A stretch of DNA of 63,555 bases, filler included, from Collodictyon triciliatum (taxonomy: Eukaryota): assembly GCA_043381765.1 (NCBI GenBank). It is 4 parts of 4 records of this genome, joined end to end, with 100 filler letters (N's around TTAATTAATTAA, not from the genome) between each part and the next. Parts side by side here need not be neighbours in the genome. Positions count along the whole stretch, not along the records: positions 1 to 17,591 come from JBHJMP010001440.1; 3 more parts are not named here. One strand, given 5' to 3'. The position numbers and the translations under genes were made by a program. Numbering within the stretch: position 1 is the stretch's first letter; each line of letters starts with the position of its first letter. Positions 1 to 12,948 of the stretch are shown here, in pieces. The notes under the pieces were generated by a model that saw nothing but the letters and a program-made list of their open reading frames with translations, ran no database searches and had not been told where the DNA came from.

Positions 1-95
1 ATTTCTTATTTCTTATTTCTTATTTCTTATTTCTTATTTCTTATTTCTTATTTCTTATTTCTTATTTCTTATTTCTTGTTTCTTGTTTCTTGTTT
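1..95. repeat. (ATTTCTT)n heptamer microsatellite drifting to (GTTTCTT)n
   Basis: Tandem repeat read directly. Confidence 0.95.
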
Positions 96-721
96 CATTT
101 TACATCTACATTCTCTTATAAAATATCATTTTGACAATAGAAATGTTTGATTTTACTTTGTATCATATTTTAGATATTTTGAATTTAAATTTTATATGAC
201 AGAATCATCATGTTACTCTAAAATTCTAAAATATGCTTACAAGTGGGAATTGAAGCTTTAACAAAATTTTCCTGGATTATCTATTCAACCAGAATCTTGA
301 ATTTCCCAATTCCCGCAAAGTTAAAACTTTCTCATTGGTTGCAAGATTATATTGTGTGTTTAAAAAAATGACATTACGAATTATATATAAAAAGCGCTTC
401 TTTAATCTCAATATTCGTTCACTCAGAATCTCCTCTTGCAATCGAATGAAGAATATTTGCCAAAGTAAGATCGACACAAAATTCAAAGAAAAATTCAAAA
501 ATTATGTTGTCCCCACCAAATTACACAACTAGTATAAAATGTCTTTGCGCTTTCTCTGGAAGAACAAAAAAAAATCAAGCCTGAAATCTATGGAAGAAAA
601 ATGTAAGGAGCACCGTGTAAAACAAAAAAGATACAAAATAGATTGTGGTTGTCAATTTTTAATGAAAAATGAAAAAATAGATTAATAATCAAAGTCAAGC
701 AACCGAACTGTGGGAAAGACC

Positions 722-1162
722 ATGGAGAAAGCAGTTTGCCCGCATTGCAGAAAGCAGCTCTCTTCCAAGCGCAATCGCCGCCTTCATCTGAACATCTGTA
801 AACACAATCCTCAGCGCCATAGGATTACCTTTGTTTGCCCTTCGTGCCCCACATGGTGCGGCTTTTCTGAGCAAGCGCGCACGGAACATCTTAAATCTAA
901 GCTCCATCGTAATCAAGTTGCCTTATCCAAATATGTTCCACCCGGAATGTCCTATCTTGAAGGTTCTCATTCAGTTAAACCTAATGATGATTACAAACCC
1001 CGGCCATTTAATTACCTCGACATCGTTCTTGCCTCACCACTTCCTTCAGAAGAAGAGGCATCTAAGAATTTTGAAGAAACATCCTCACTGACCAGAAATG
1101 CACCTTCAATCCCTGCAGCCATTGGGCTTCTTACTCTTTCAAACACAAATTCATCCGCTTAA
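722..1162 (+). CDS. Small intronless protein with two zinc-finger-like motifs
   Basis: ATG at 722. CPHC-x12-HLNIC and CPSC...HLKSKLH match C2HC/C2H2 finger spacing; the ORF is GC-richer than its flanks. Confidence 0.55.
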   Translation: MEKAVCPHCRKQLSSKRNRRLHLNICKHNPQRHRITFVCPSCPTWCGFSEQARTEHLKSKLHRNQVALSKYVPPGMSYLEGSHSVKPNDDYKPRPFNYLDIVLASPLPSEEEASKNFEETSSLTRNAPSIPAAIGLLTLSNTNSSA

Positions 1163-1283
1163 AAATATTTTCTGGTCCATCTTCCTCGCTCATCAATAAA
1201 TGAAATCTCTACGAAATTAAAATTATATAAGCGAATTCTTTGAAGATGATCGTAATTTTTGCTTTTTTCGTGCTTTATATACA

Positions 1284-1506
1284 TTTGCTCGTTGCTCGTT
1301 GCTCGTTGCTCGTTGCTCGTTGCTCTTTGCTCTTTGCTCTTTGCTCTTTGCTCTTTGCTCTTTGCTCTTTGCTCTTTGCTCTTTGTTCTTTGCTCTTTGC
1401 TCTTTGTTCTTTGCTCTTTGCTCTTTGCTCTTTGCTCTTTGCTCTTTGCTCTTTGCTCTTTGCTCTTTGCTCTTTGCTCTTTGCTCTTTGCTCTTTGCTC
1501 TTTGCT
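1284..1506. repeat. (TTGCTCG)n/(TTGCTCT)n heptamer microsatellite
   Basis: Tandem array read directly; it produces the spurious LLFALCS/QRAKSKE ORFs. Confidence 0.95.
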
Positions 1507-2639
1507 TACTTTTCATAATTTTATATTTTGTTCTTATATGTAGCTTTTTGCATTGATTTTTCATGCTATTATACAATTATATATTATACGGATTTGAGTT
1601 AATATAATTTATTACTTAATTATTATAAGATTATGAAAATATCCGTATTTATAATTGAAAGAGTCTAATTGAATTTGTACATGAAAAATGATAGATTTTA
1701 TTTATTTAAAGAGCATCAACAAAAAGATAGGAGAATATACAAACGCTCATAATATCTTAATCTAAAAAAAAATATTTTATGTGCATCCTATTTTCTGTTA
1801 ATTTATTCTAAAAATCAGTGTTGGTTTTTCCTAGATGCCTTGTTCATAATTATATCAAAATAATGTCTTTTTGTTTTCTCTTTCATTTTTTTTCACGATA
1901 GTGGATATGTTGGCTTTGATTCGCTAGCCATCTTTTTCATGGACGCTACTTGGTGGCTATCAAAATAATTTCTAGAGTTAGATGATGTCATTTTCGATAT
2001 AATAATAAAATTATTTAAATTCAACATAAACTCAGTCTTATTTTGAATTATATCGTCTCTATTATTGAAATTATTCTATTTGTTTTGATGGAAGTAAAAA
2101 ATCTATTAATTAGAAAGAAGGACATAGCTCCTTCATCCTTCAACAAGTAACATTCCAAAAGAATAGGAGCTTCACACCGTCGAAAAATGAAACGAATTTC
2201 TACTCTACAAATGCAACCCCAACTACAGTTGTCCTAAATAGCAAAGGATAATGGCACCATGTCACCTCGTCTCATATGGAGCTACGTCTCCATTTTTCTT
2301 TCATCTTATAAATTAATGTGTTCATTTATCAATTAGATTCTTTTATTCCATTTAAATGGAGAAAAAATCAGATTTCGTCTAAAACTGTGTCTTCAATAAA
2401 AATTCAATTAAACTCACTTGTCTCACCAATCCAATACTTTTTCTCAACCATTTTTTGGTTTCTTTTCAACATTTTATCGAGGAGAAAAAAACGGAGGAAA
2501 CCGCCTCGCCTCTAAGACAAAAAATGAGCTGTGGACAAGACAGTGGAAACCCGGATTGTGTGGTTGGATTTTATGTGTTTTGGGTGAAGGAAAGAAAAGA
2601 AAAGAAAATAGAAAAGAGAGAAATTTCTCACACGCAGAC

Positions 2640-4160
2640 TATTCTACCCGAGGTGAATCAGCTCCAACGCGATTTCTGGTTGTATTCGAGACTGAAAGAA
2701 GGGCGGATAGTTTTCATAATCATTTTGAGAAATTACGCACATGGCAGTTACTTCGAAAATCGGTTCCGACGAGTCCTTTCAACCATCTATCTCAGACAAG
2801 GTTTACATCCTACTTCATTCCACAGGATTAGTATTTTGAGGGGACAACGGGTCACTTTCCTTGCGTTTCTTGCTGGCGACTCTGACAAAAAGCGATACAT
2901 CGTTGTTTGTCTGGTATTATCGGAAGTGGCGCTTGACCGTCCCCTGGTTTCGGGAGCCATGCGTAGCCGGCAGTGAACTTTGCTTAACCGGAGTATAGAT
3001 ACGCGTTTGTGGTTTTAGAAACATACGCTCTTGCTTGCTCAGACTGTCTTGAGTGTGCGAAGCTCCGAGCTTTGTTTTCGACTTGTGCCGTTTGCTCTTG
3101 CTCCTTGGTTCTCGATGCGACGGGCTGGGGCGGGATAAACGGACTATCTTTGGTGGGCGCTGGTTCTTGTGTTGCCTTCGCTTTGGAGTATCCTTTCGGG
3201 TAAATAAAGAAGACTGCCTTGAGGCCTCCTATGCTAATCATATTCCTGTCAGTCTGAATGGGTAGTTTAAGGGGGGATTTCTTTCGGGGTTCGGAAATGC
3301 GCTTCTCTTGGGTCTTGCGATGTGCGGGTTTGTCCGGTGTTGGCGGCGGAGGGCTCGAGTGCGAGGATTCTGAAGAGGAACCGAGATTTCCTTCCATGTC
3401 ATCGTCGCTGTCGCTGTAAGCGTGTATCTGCTGTGAGTCTTGTGGACTCAGTTGTTGCCTGGCCTTGGCTTCCTTGACCCCGCTGCTGCTTGTCTGCTTG
3501 GCGGGTGTATTCTTTTTCGGGGCTTTTACTTGTCGTTCGTTGTTCGCGGCTGGCAGACGCTCTTTGAGGATGCGCTTTGGACTCATTTTTCCCATGACCG
3601 TAAACTTTGCAGGGAATTGATTCTTGTGACAAAGAAGCTTCACCACGGCCGCGTCTGTGAAGAAGCATTTTCCTTTTTTATCTCCAAGTGGGTCGGTATG
3701 AACGGCTTCAGCTCTTCACGAAGGAGTTGCGGCCACACATCCAGCGGTAGTTGTTAGAGCATCGCCGAGGTCTGTTGGTTTACTTCTGCTGAAGCTGATC
3801 GTAATATCGATCAAACTTACCTGCTTCAGCTCCCGAAGCTTTCGGGCGTTTTCTGCAGTGCGGAAGGCGATCAGGCAAAGGCCTTCGCTGTCCGGTAAGC
3901 GCAGTTGGATGGACTCTTCCCAAAGTTTGTTCGCTTTCAAGAAGGAGGCGAGTGCATCTGTTAGCCTGCGGGCCTTGTTCTATTTGTATTAAACGACTTG
4001 CTCGACCCCGTGCAAAAATACTGTCCGATCAGACAGACTTGCAGGCGGCTTCCTTGCACGGGTCTTCCTGGACTTACGTGTAAGTTGGGGTTTTTCCGCG
4101 CCAGTGTTGGAACCAGAAGAGCTGGCTGCAACTTGCAAAGCCTTCTATCTATTACCATTT
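2640..4160 (-). mobile_element. Decayed dispersed repeat, probably ORF1 of an L1/Tx1-like non-LTR retrotransposon (copy 1)
   Basis: GC-rich intronless block broken by stops and frameshifts. RRM-like segments (LCLIAFRTAENARKL; LPLDVWPQLLREELKPF) are followed by a K/P/S-rich tail. 3937-4105 is closely similar to 53044-53205. Confidence 0.55.
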
Positions 4161-4532
4161 ACGCTGATTACCATGGCCTCGGCTTGTACTTTTTCATCAA
4201 GCGCGCAAGGTGCCCTTTTCTCTCCAGCTCCTCGTCCAGCAGCAGGACACATGCAGATGTGGATAACCCGAGCGTACATGCATCTACCAAACGCAGTATC
4301 GCTCGTGTGAACCAGATGTCCAGACACGTGTATTGGCCACAGCAACTCAGATCGGACTTTCGTTTGGCGCGCTCGATTGGTTGAGCGAAGTGATATGTCC
4401 TTTCTATATAAAGCTGCTACAATCGAATTCTCTGGTTGTTTATCATGCTTCAATAGGGGAGAACGTCCGTATCAGAGACCGAAAAGGCTCTTCTGTTCAT
4501 GTCACCGTCCTCCGGCATTTTATACATATCGT

Positions 4533-7500
4533 TCATAGAAGGGTACATGTTTTTGATTGTGGTGGTGGCGCTGGTTGCGGTGGAACTGCCTGTGGAGGAG
4601 GCGGTGGAGGCGGTGGAGGCTTTGCGGCTTCCTCCTCGAGAACTTTAATCCTTCTGTCCTTACTAGCGATTGCTTCCTGTAGCTCACTAATTCGCTGTTG
4701 CATTTCTTCATGGATGCGTTTTCTTTGCTCATCTATTTGCAGAGTTGATGCGTTTGATTCATGAACGGATAAACACTTGAAACAACAAATCTTTGCTTTT
4801 TTTTTCCTTTGGAAATTCAGTGATGAAAATGATGTCTTGTTGCAAGATAAAAAAAATGCAACTTTGGCTGATTTTACGTTAAACTTCAATATCGCAGATT
4901 TTTAAGAGAAAACATTTCTTTTTTTTATTTCGTGAAATATAAAACCAACAACACCCAACCTTCCTCGACTGCAGCGCTCAATGTGGATATCTTTTCTTGG
5001 AGATGACTCTTTTCAACTACAATCTCTTGAAACTGTGCCCCAGTTTCCTCGTATTGCTTTTGCAGATTCTCCAATTCGGTAGAAAACTTACGAAAGAGAA
5101 GAATCATTGTTGAACATGTACCAACAATTGGTTATAGAGCTAAATTATGTTTGATAAATGATACAAAACAAATAAGGTTTCTCATAATTAGCCTACCTTG
5201 TCTCTATTCTGCCCAACTTCGAAGAGAGTTTGTCGGAGAATACCCATTTCTTTTTCGTAATGGAATTCCTTCGTTTTGTAGTGTTCTGCCTCCTTTTGTC
5301 ATAAAATAAAGAGACAAACAAACAAATAAACAAATAAACAAACAAACAAACAAACAAACAAACAAACAAACAAACAAACAAACAAACAAACAAACAAACA
5401 AACAAACAAACAAACAAANAAACAAACAAACAAACAAACAAACAAACAAACAAACAAACAAACAAACAAACAAACAAACAAACAAACAAACAAACAAACA
5501 AACAAACAAACAAACAAACAAACAAACAAACAAACAAAATCATCATGATTTATTAATCGCACGATTAAATGTTAACACGCTTTATTGGGAAAATATGATA
5601 AGAAATAAAACAAAAGGCCGATAAATTTACATGTTCTAGTTTCTTCCTGAGCTCTTCGTTTTCTCGTTGAAGCATTTGCAGCTGAATATCCATGTCTGAC
5701 TTTTCCTATAATGTAATAATATTAGTAAATAACTTTTTTTTTCTTCTCTTAAATTGTTTTTTTTAAAAAAGAAAACTATGATATACCAACACCATAGTAT
5801 TGTATAATTTCAAATAGACATATATGGGGAAATTAAGCTTAAAGATGGTCATGCGTTATAGTAATGGTAACCTGGTGAAATGTTTCTTTGGTTATGACAA
5901 TGGCCTCTGTTAGTTTCTTTTCTTTGTGGCCCAGAGAATGCTTCGCATGTTCAAGACAATACCACCGCACTCCTTTCTCTGTTTCCACTGGGAATAGGCT
6001 TCCGTTTCTAATGATTTGTTTAATCAGAGAATGGAACCGAGCGTGTTTTAGATCGATTAAACTTTGAATTGAATAAAGGAGAAATATCTCTCGATACAAA
6101 AAAAAAATCAATTCAAACATTAAGAACCCAAAGAATTAGACTCTTTTTAACTGTGAGGTACCGAATCATAATATCAACTAATTAATTATAAATGCATGTA
6201 AAGGAATAAATTTTACATTCATAAAAAAAAAAAAGGAGGAATTAAACGATTCTGTAGATTGCACATTTGTGTATATATGTATACTTGAATAGAATAAATA
6301 GGGGTAAATGTAAATACAGTATAATGCTTCGTATTGCAAGGGGAAAACCTCTTGTATGTGTCACATCTTTCGAGAAATGAATCTATTTCCTTTACTCCTA
6401 GCAAGGCCTTTTCAAAGAGTGGTCGCATTATCTCGGAAGATTTCACTTTTGGGTCGTTTAGGTCCTGGTAGTTATGTTTTCATGTTTGTTAGATATACAA
6501 ATCAGGAAATGCAAATCCATGCTGTTGAGCTAAAAGTCATACCTTCAATTCTGGGAATTCTTTTGTAACAAATTCTTTTATAATTTGACCTTTACCTGTA
6601 ATTTACATATTGATGTTTAAATATCGATTTTTTGGAAGTTCCATGTATATGTAAAAGTAAACAGCCAATTTTACCATCATATTTACATCTATTCAATTTC
6701 ATATTAATTTTTTTACTTATTTTTTGGTTTATATTTTAAACCGTGTATGTTCATATCTCTGGTTTTTATCTTTTGGTTCTAACGCTTGGATAGTTTTTAT
6801 TTTCATTTAGAGAATTATTTCGTAATATATACCAGTATCGGATGAAAGAACTTCTGGGATCAAAAAAGGGACAATATCAGAACGACGATTCGCCCAGAAC
6901 AAAATTAATGATGACAATCTGAGCATTAAAGTATTAAATAATGAGTAAATTTTTGAGGCAACTCTAGACCATTTACTCTCTTTTCGGATTGTTATGTAGG
7001 CCGGACTTCTCCGGGGAATCAACCAACATAGCTTGAGTTGATAAATATATATAGAAAAGTCAAGTATAAAGGAACTAACAAAATGACTGAGTTCCAGAAT
7101 GAACGAGGCTCTTTTGCTTGGTACCCCTGGTCAGCTTTCACTGAGTGCATCGTAGCCTCACACAGGAAATGAATATCAAAATAACCTTCCTAATATTCCG
7201 AGAAATCAAGAAACATCTTCATACAAACTAATATATTGGTTATAATAAACATAATAATAATCGATGCATATAAATGGTATCTGCTTCTCTGTTTTTATGG
7301 CAACATACACCAACATTCATATGAAAAGTAGATGAAACTGAATGTATACCCTTTCCATATATGTCAACCAAGAATTCCATGTCCTAAATCCGTATTATAG
7401 AGCTTGATCAAAAGATTTCAGGATTCGAAAGATACTGGCACTCGACAAAAGAAATCGAGATATTTTGAGAGGAACTTGAAGCGTGAATGCATGAATAATA

Positions 7501-10500
7501 CAAACAAGAGGGAAAAAAAAATGGACTGATTTCCAAAAAAAAAAAAATGACAATCTCGTGTTTGAAGGGAAAAAAGGCATCGCTTACGTGGGTATTGTCC
7601 AATTCAAATTACGAGATGGGTGCAATACAAAAAGACGGGGTCTATCCAGAACCCGGTTCCCAGAAACAGCATCAAATAACTCGTGGAACTCATCCGGCAA
7701 CTAATAAAAAAAAATAGTATTGCACTAATCAATTTTATAAGAATTCAAATAAATCAGAACGCAATCTTTGGAAAAATAAAAATTTTGGTCTTTACATTTA
7801 TTACATGATAGAATAAACGCCTCATATATAAATTATATTAAAAAAAAAAAGACGTGCTGGAAGAAAGGGTAATTGACAAACCTCTCCAGACGGAAATAAT
7901 TCCACATAGAAATCTTTCCTAAAGAAAGGGTATGTCTTACAAAGACAACACATAATTTATTCATCAGCAGCCTGTTAGCAAAAATATGTCCCTATCTTTG
8001 TCTTAGAAATAATTCAACATATATGACGACTTGTCCCTATTCATTTGATCTAGTCTCAAGAATACATTATAATACACGCCCGTATGATTTTAGGAATGAA
8101 CATTCATAACAAACTTGTATCTCAGACAAGGAGGGTCGTGGCCTCTGCTTTTCTGGCATAAGTTTTTTCAGGATTTCTTGGCATGTAACACCAAGTAGGT
8201 AAAGTTCCTCATCTTCGTCATCATCTCCATTCAAAGCCTCCGCGGTTTGCTTTCCCTAGTATTATTATTTTTTTAAAAAAAAAATCTACAAAATGATGTC
8301 TCAATGAACCACGGTACAATTGCATCTTGATAGTAATGCGTTATATATTTCCATGAATGTTACTTTCGGTACAGTTGTAGTTATTTGGTTGACCAAGTTC
8401 TGAAAGAAAGCTCCGTATGCCCAAGAGCATATGTCTGTGTTCACCGTTGTGCTGCTGTTTTTTATATCGAAGGGTGAAGTGGAAAAAACTTTCTCTAAAA
8501 TTCCTAATGCAAGTAAATTTAGGTGGTGGTGGGCAATTTTGAGTGCACACTGCACTCAATCATCTATCTCAGTCATGCTTAAAATCGAACTAGAAAAAGA
8601 ATACATAATCAAATGAATTGCAATATTTGTTGCTTTTCTTTTGTTTTAAGATTTGTTAAATCATACCAGGAACAGCTCTACCAAGCTCGACAACAGCATC
8701 AAGCGTTAGGAGGCGATAGGAGCCATCCCAAAAACGTTGCATGTGGTCTGAACAAAAGTTAAATTATATAAAAAAAAAAGTGTTGATGATTAAAGTGTGA
8801 ATATGTTTAGTCAAATATGGACTCTCTTCGCATAAGGTAAAATTGAGCTTGAGTACAAGTGAAAGAGAAACCTAAAGGGACATCTAACAGCCCGTATCCG
8901 CGGTGATTAACCAAAATAGAAAATTGGAGTATCTCATTGGTCAATAACTGTAGATTTGATGATGAATTAGATAGAACAAACAATACAAAAAAAATCGGAA
9001 GATAATCAAGCTTATCTTAATATATTCAATCCACCATTCACAGGCCAGAGAGAAAAGGATGTACAAGACCTTACTATTACTAGGTAAGATACCTTAATTT
9101 CACTGGCCTCTAGTAGGAGCCGTGATTGTCTTTCTTTAAGAGATTCTTCTCCTGTTTCAATCACAATACAATATGGATGTGCCGAGTGGATGCTTTCATC
9201 AATAAAGTTTTCTAACATGACGCACGTGTGCTTGTTAAAGTAACCCAGCTCGTATATCTTGATTTGGCGCTGAAATAAGGAAGATACGAGAATATTAAAA
9301 AAATAAATATCTGTCTACGTAAGAAACACTCCACTTTTCCCCCTCTTATTTGATTCAAAGAAGAAACACTCCATTTAATGATATCTGAATAAGGATGTAT
9401 TTTGAAGTTTCACGAAAAGAAATATGACGACAAAAAATAAAGCAAATCCTTAATTTGATTAAAGGTATTCTATTAGAAATGTAATTGGGTTTATGATTCG
9501 AATTCAGCTCAGTTCGTACGACTGTACCTGAAATTCATCAAAATTGCTCATAAACTTTACAACACATGGCTTGCTTCTTTTATAATCTAGAGCAAATTCT
9601 ATTACACTATCGTAAACTTGGATGACCTCATCTTTGAATTGATACCTTTGGCGGAACCTTCTCGACTAGAGGACAAATCATATATGCGATTAAAATAAAC
9701 TACATCCTGGTAACATTGAGGTTATGATATTTATGTCCATCTGCTTAGATTATCAACATGTTATTGGAAAAAATCCTTTAATTATCAGGATATCAATTGC
9801 ACAAATTAGTTTTTAAAAAAAAACCAAGGATGACTATAACATACAATCAAATTCGCTCCTCTTCAAAATTATGTAAACTTCAAGACCATATAATAGAACA
9901 GAATAGACCATCTTGGCCAAACCTTAGCGTGATATCTAGCCAGTATCTGTGCAATAGAGGAGAATGTCAGCCAAAGTGCCTTGGGATGGCGAATGATAGA
10001 TTTCAGGGAGTTCTTTGTCCCTTGGCCATTATCTCTCTTGGCCACGCTTTGTGCCAGCTGCAAAGATGTTTCTCCCATATGATTTTTTGTGTCTGGTGTC
10101 AATCCGCGCTCAATTAGCAACTCAACAACATCGGCAAACTCCACGCGTGTGGCAACGTGCAATAATGTATCTCCGTTGCTTGCTATGGCTTTGTAATTTG
10201 CCCCTGCGTCAAGGAGGTGATGCACACAGCTCATAGACTTTGCCTCCACAGCGTAAAACAAGGGCGTGTAGTTTTTCGACAGGCCAACAGATTCGACATT
10301 TGCACGATGTCCAAGGAGGAGCTGCACAGCTTCTGCATGGCCATTGCGGCACGCCCAAACTAGCGGTGCTTCGCGGTTTCCTCGGATCCCCACATCGTCT
10401 GCATTTCGGCCCGACTGGAGCAGCATCACAAGGTTTTTGACGTCGTTGTCACGAGCAGCAACCCATACTTTGTCAGAAACAAACTCGGCCAGTTTAATGC

Positions 10501-12145
10501 GCAGATAATTTGCACAGTCAACGTGTCCGCCATCCAAGGCGTCCTGAATCGGCGTGTTTCCAGATGCATCGATTGTTTCTAAATCTGCGCCGCTTTCCAC
10601 AAGGAATCGAACGCTTTCGATTCGGCCATGGAATGCTGCAACAGATAGCGGCGTTTCACCTCTGAATGAAGAAATAAAGGTAACGTAATTTGAAAAATTA
10701 TCACATATATTGCGTTTTAAAAAAATTACATCATGAAATCGATCGTTGAAAACAATTTTAAAGCTAATAACCAAAAAGAAAATAGGTTGCGGGTAGTGAC
10801 TTTTCATAGTAAGAGTAGTGTAATGCATGTAATAGAATATCATTGTGATAAAAGCAATAAAGAATCTTTGTGAATTACAACTTCGGCTGTATATATATAT
10901 GTATTGCTTCTATTTTTCTCTTAAAAAAAGGCTTATATTTACCTATCATCTCGACTGTTGATGTTTGCACCATAGTCCATGAGAGCCTTCATAGAGTTTA
11001 TCTGGTTGAACTGAGCTCCATATGCCATCGCAGTCATTCCCCCGCTGTCGCCCATATTTACATCTACACTCGAGTCCTGACAAAGGAGACGCACGCATTC
11101 ATGCCTTCCATAGCGTGCAGCAAATATCAAGGGGGTCTCCTTATGAATTCCAATCCTTTGATTCGTATCTGCTTTGTTTTTTAACAGCAGGCCCAACATC
11201 TTCATATTGTTGTTTTTTATGGCAACCTGGTACATTCAATAATTAGTCACGTGCCAAGCACTACTTAAAAAATAGACTGAAATGATTTTGACCAAGATAT
11301 ATTCATGCAGTCTGTGAAGGTCAGTTTATCACAAATTTATATATATAATGCATTTTGCTTCATAAATCGTTGGGCTTTGTAGCTTCTTGAGTAAAATTGT
11401 TTTACTTTGGTCAACTTGGTTTTTCATTCACAGAATTTTAAAATCACATAATCTTGTTTTAAAAAAATCGTTTGTTAATTATTGTTTGCAAGAATGCTTA
11501 TTTAAATTTATAATTTATTCATAGTGGAATTGTTTTGATTACATATTACTTTTAAATTATTACATATTAAAACTTTTGTTTTTCAATTGTAATCTATTAT
11601 ATTTAATACATTGATAATCTATTTGTTCATTATTAATTTCTTTTCACCGTCGCTATTTCTTCTTTTTTTTCCTTTTAAAATCATATGTCTTGTCTTGTAG
11701 CATTCAAGATTAGATTAACATGAAAGTTTGACGAGTCATCAACCCCATCTCCGCTATATCTAAATATACAGACATGATGGCGACACCTTCTATGTACATT
11801 GAGCGAACCTGCAAAGCGGTCATCTTTTCCCTGTTTTCTGCATTCACATCAACACCGGCTTGTATCAGCTTGTCCATCACCTCCACATTGCCGGTCTCGA
11901 CAGCGCGGAACCATTCCATCTCCTGCCTTCGCGGCCCTCCGAAGTTATCTGCAGTCGGATGCGGGCCCTGATCAAAGCGCACGAGATACAAAGGCGCATC
12001 GTGCTCTCCGGGGGAACTCTGAGTCAGGGCGGTTAACCTTACAAAAAGAAGCAGGCAACCAACTGAAAGGACTCCAAGGGCAGAGACAGAAATATGTAGA
12101 CGTGTTTGTAGAGGAACTCACGCGATCGCGGCTGCCTCTTCTCAT
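4533..12145 (-). CDS. Multi-exon protein: ankyrin repeats + degenerate protein-kinase domain + coiled coil + polyproline + C-terminal CaaX
   Basis: First exon MRRGSRDR (ATG 12145). Ankyrin exons at about 11810-11967, 10943-11228 and 9900-10660 (ETPLIFAARYG, ETPLSVAAFHG). Kinase-like exons at about 9528-9667 (CVVKFM), 9093-9270 (YCIVIETGEESL), 8872-8947, 8668-8748 and 8395-8493 (DICSWAYG). Last exon ends PPPQSKTCTLL-stop at 4533. Confidence 0.75.
5313..5538. repeat. (AAAC)n microsatellite (intronic)
   Basis: Tandem repeat read directly. Confidence 0.95.
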
Positions 12146-12299
12146 TTGTTCTGCTTGCTTTGCTCTTTCTGCTGATCGCTACCTTCGTGTGTTTAACTCT
12201 TGTGCGGCTGGTGCGATGGAAAGGGTGTTGCGCTCTCAAAATAAAAATGCATATTTTCCACATATAGAAATAATGCTAAAGGAGGGTGCATTGTCTATA

Positions 12300-12532
12300 C
12301 CCATTACCCATCATCCATCATCCATCATCCATCATCCATCATCCATCACCCATTATCCATCATCCATCATCCATCATCCATCATCCATCATCCATCATCC
12401 ATCATCCATCATCCATCATCCATCATCCATCATCCATCATCCATCATCCATCATCCATCATCCGTCATCCACCATCCATCACCCATCATCCACCATCCAT
12501 CACCCATCATACATCATCCATCATCACCCATC
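12300..12532. repeat. (CCATCAT)n heptamer microsatellite
   Basis: Tandem repeat between the ankyrin gene start and the anoctamin 3' end. Confidence 0.95.
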
Positions 12533-12948
12533 GGCGCAATCTTTACAGAGTGGGCTGCAAGGGCTGCAACAAACTGTACAGAATCGATCTACATGGTCGA
12601 TAAGTTGAACGAGCCTCGGGCACAAGTGGCACAACGAAAAAAAGGAGAAAAACAAAACAGCGCCTCAATGAATCGTGAGCTCCTTGTAATGTTCATACTG
12701 TCCTCGTGTGTTTCCAAAGTATAGTGAAGGGAACACAGCCTCAGGTTGCACACACCGGTTTGGCAAGATAGCAGAGAGAAATCAGGCGAAATCGATGCTT
12801 TCGAATATGGTGCGCAGAAAAGAAGGAATGGAGAATGATGAGATAGAAGACGAGAAAAAAAGTGCATAAAAAAAAGGAAGGACGTTTGTTGTGGGTAAAA
12901 TCTTCAGACATTCGCCAAAGTCTGTCGCTTTCTTTCTGCCTATTTCCT

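Noticed and set aside
1-95. Telomeric repeat at the window start
   Set aside because: The ATTTCTT unit lacks the G/C-run typical of telomeres, and similar heptamer arrays occur internally.
1223-1576. Repeat-derived ORFs (QRAKSKE, LLFALCS; likewise FVCL, HHPSSII, poly-Y/I/L, KKRKE elsewhere)
   Set aside because: Translations of microsatellites, mostly intronic or intergenic.
2780-2845. LKILILWNEVG on the minus strand as the start of a LINE APE endonuclease
   Set aside because: Only a vague match, with no following QE or SDH motifs and stops immediately after.
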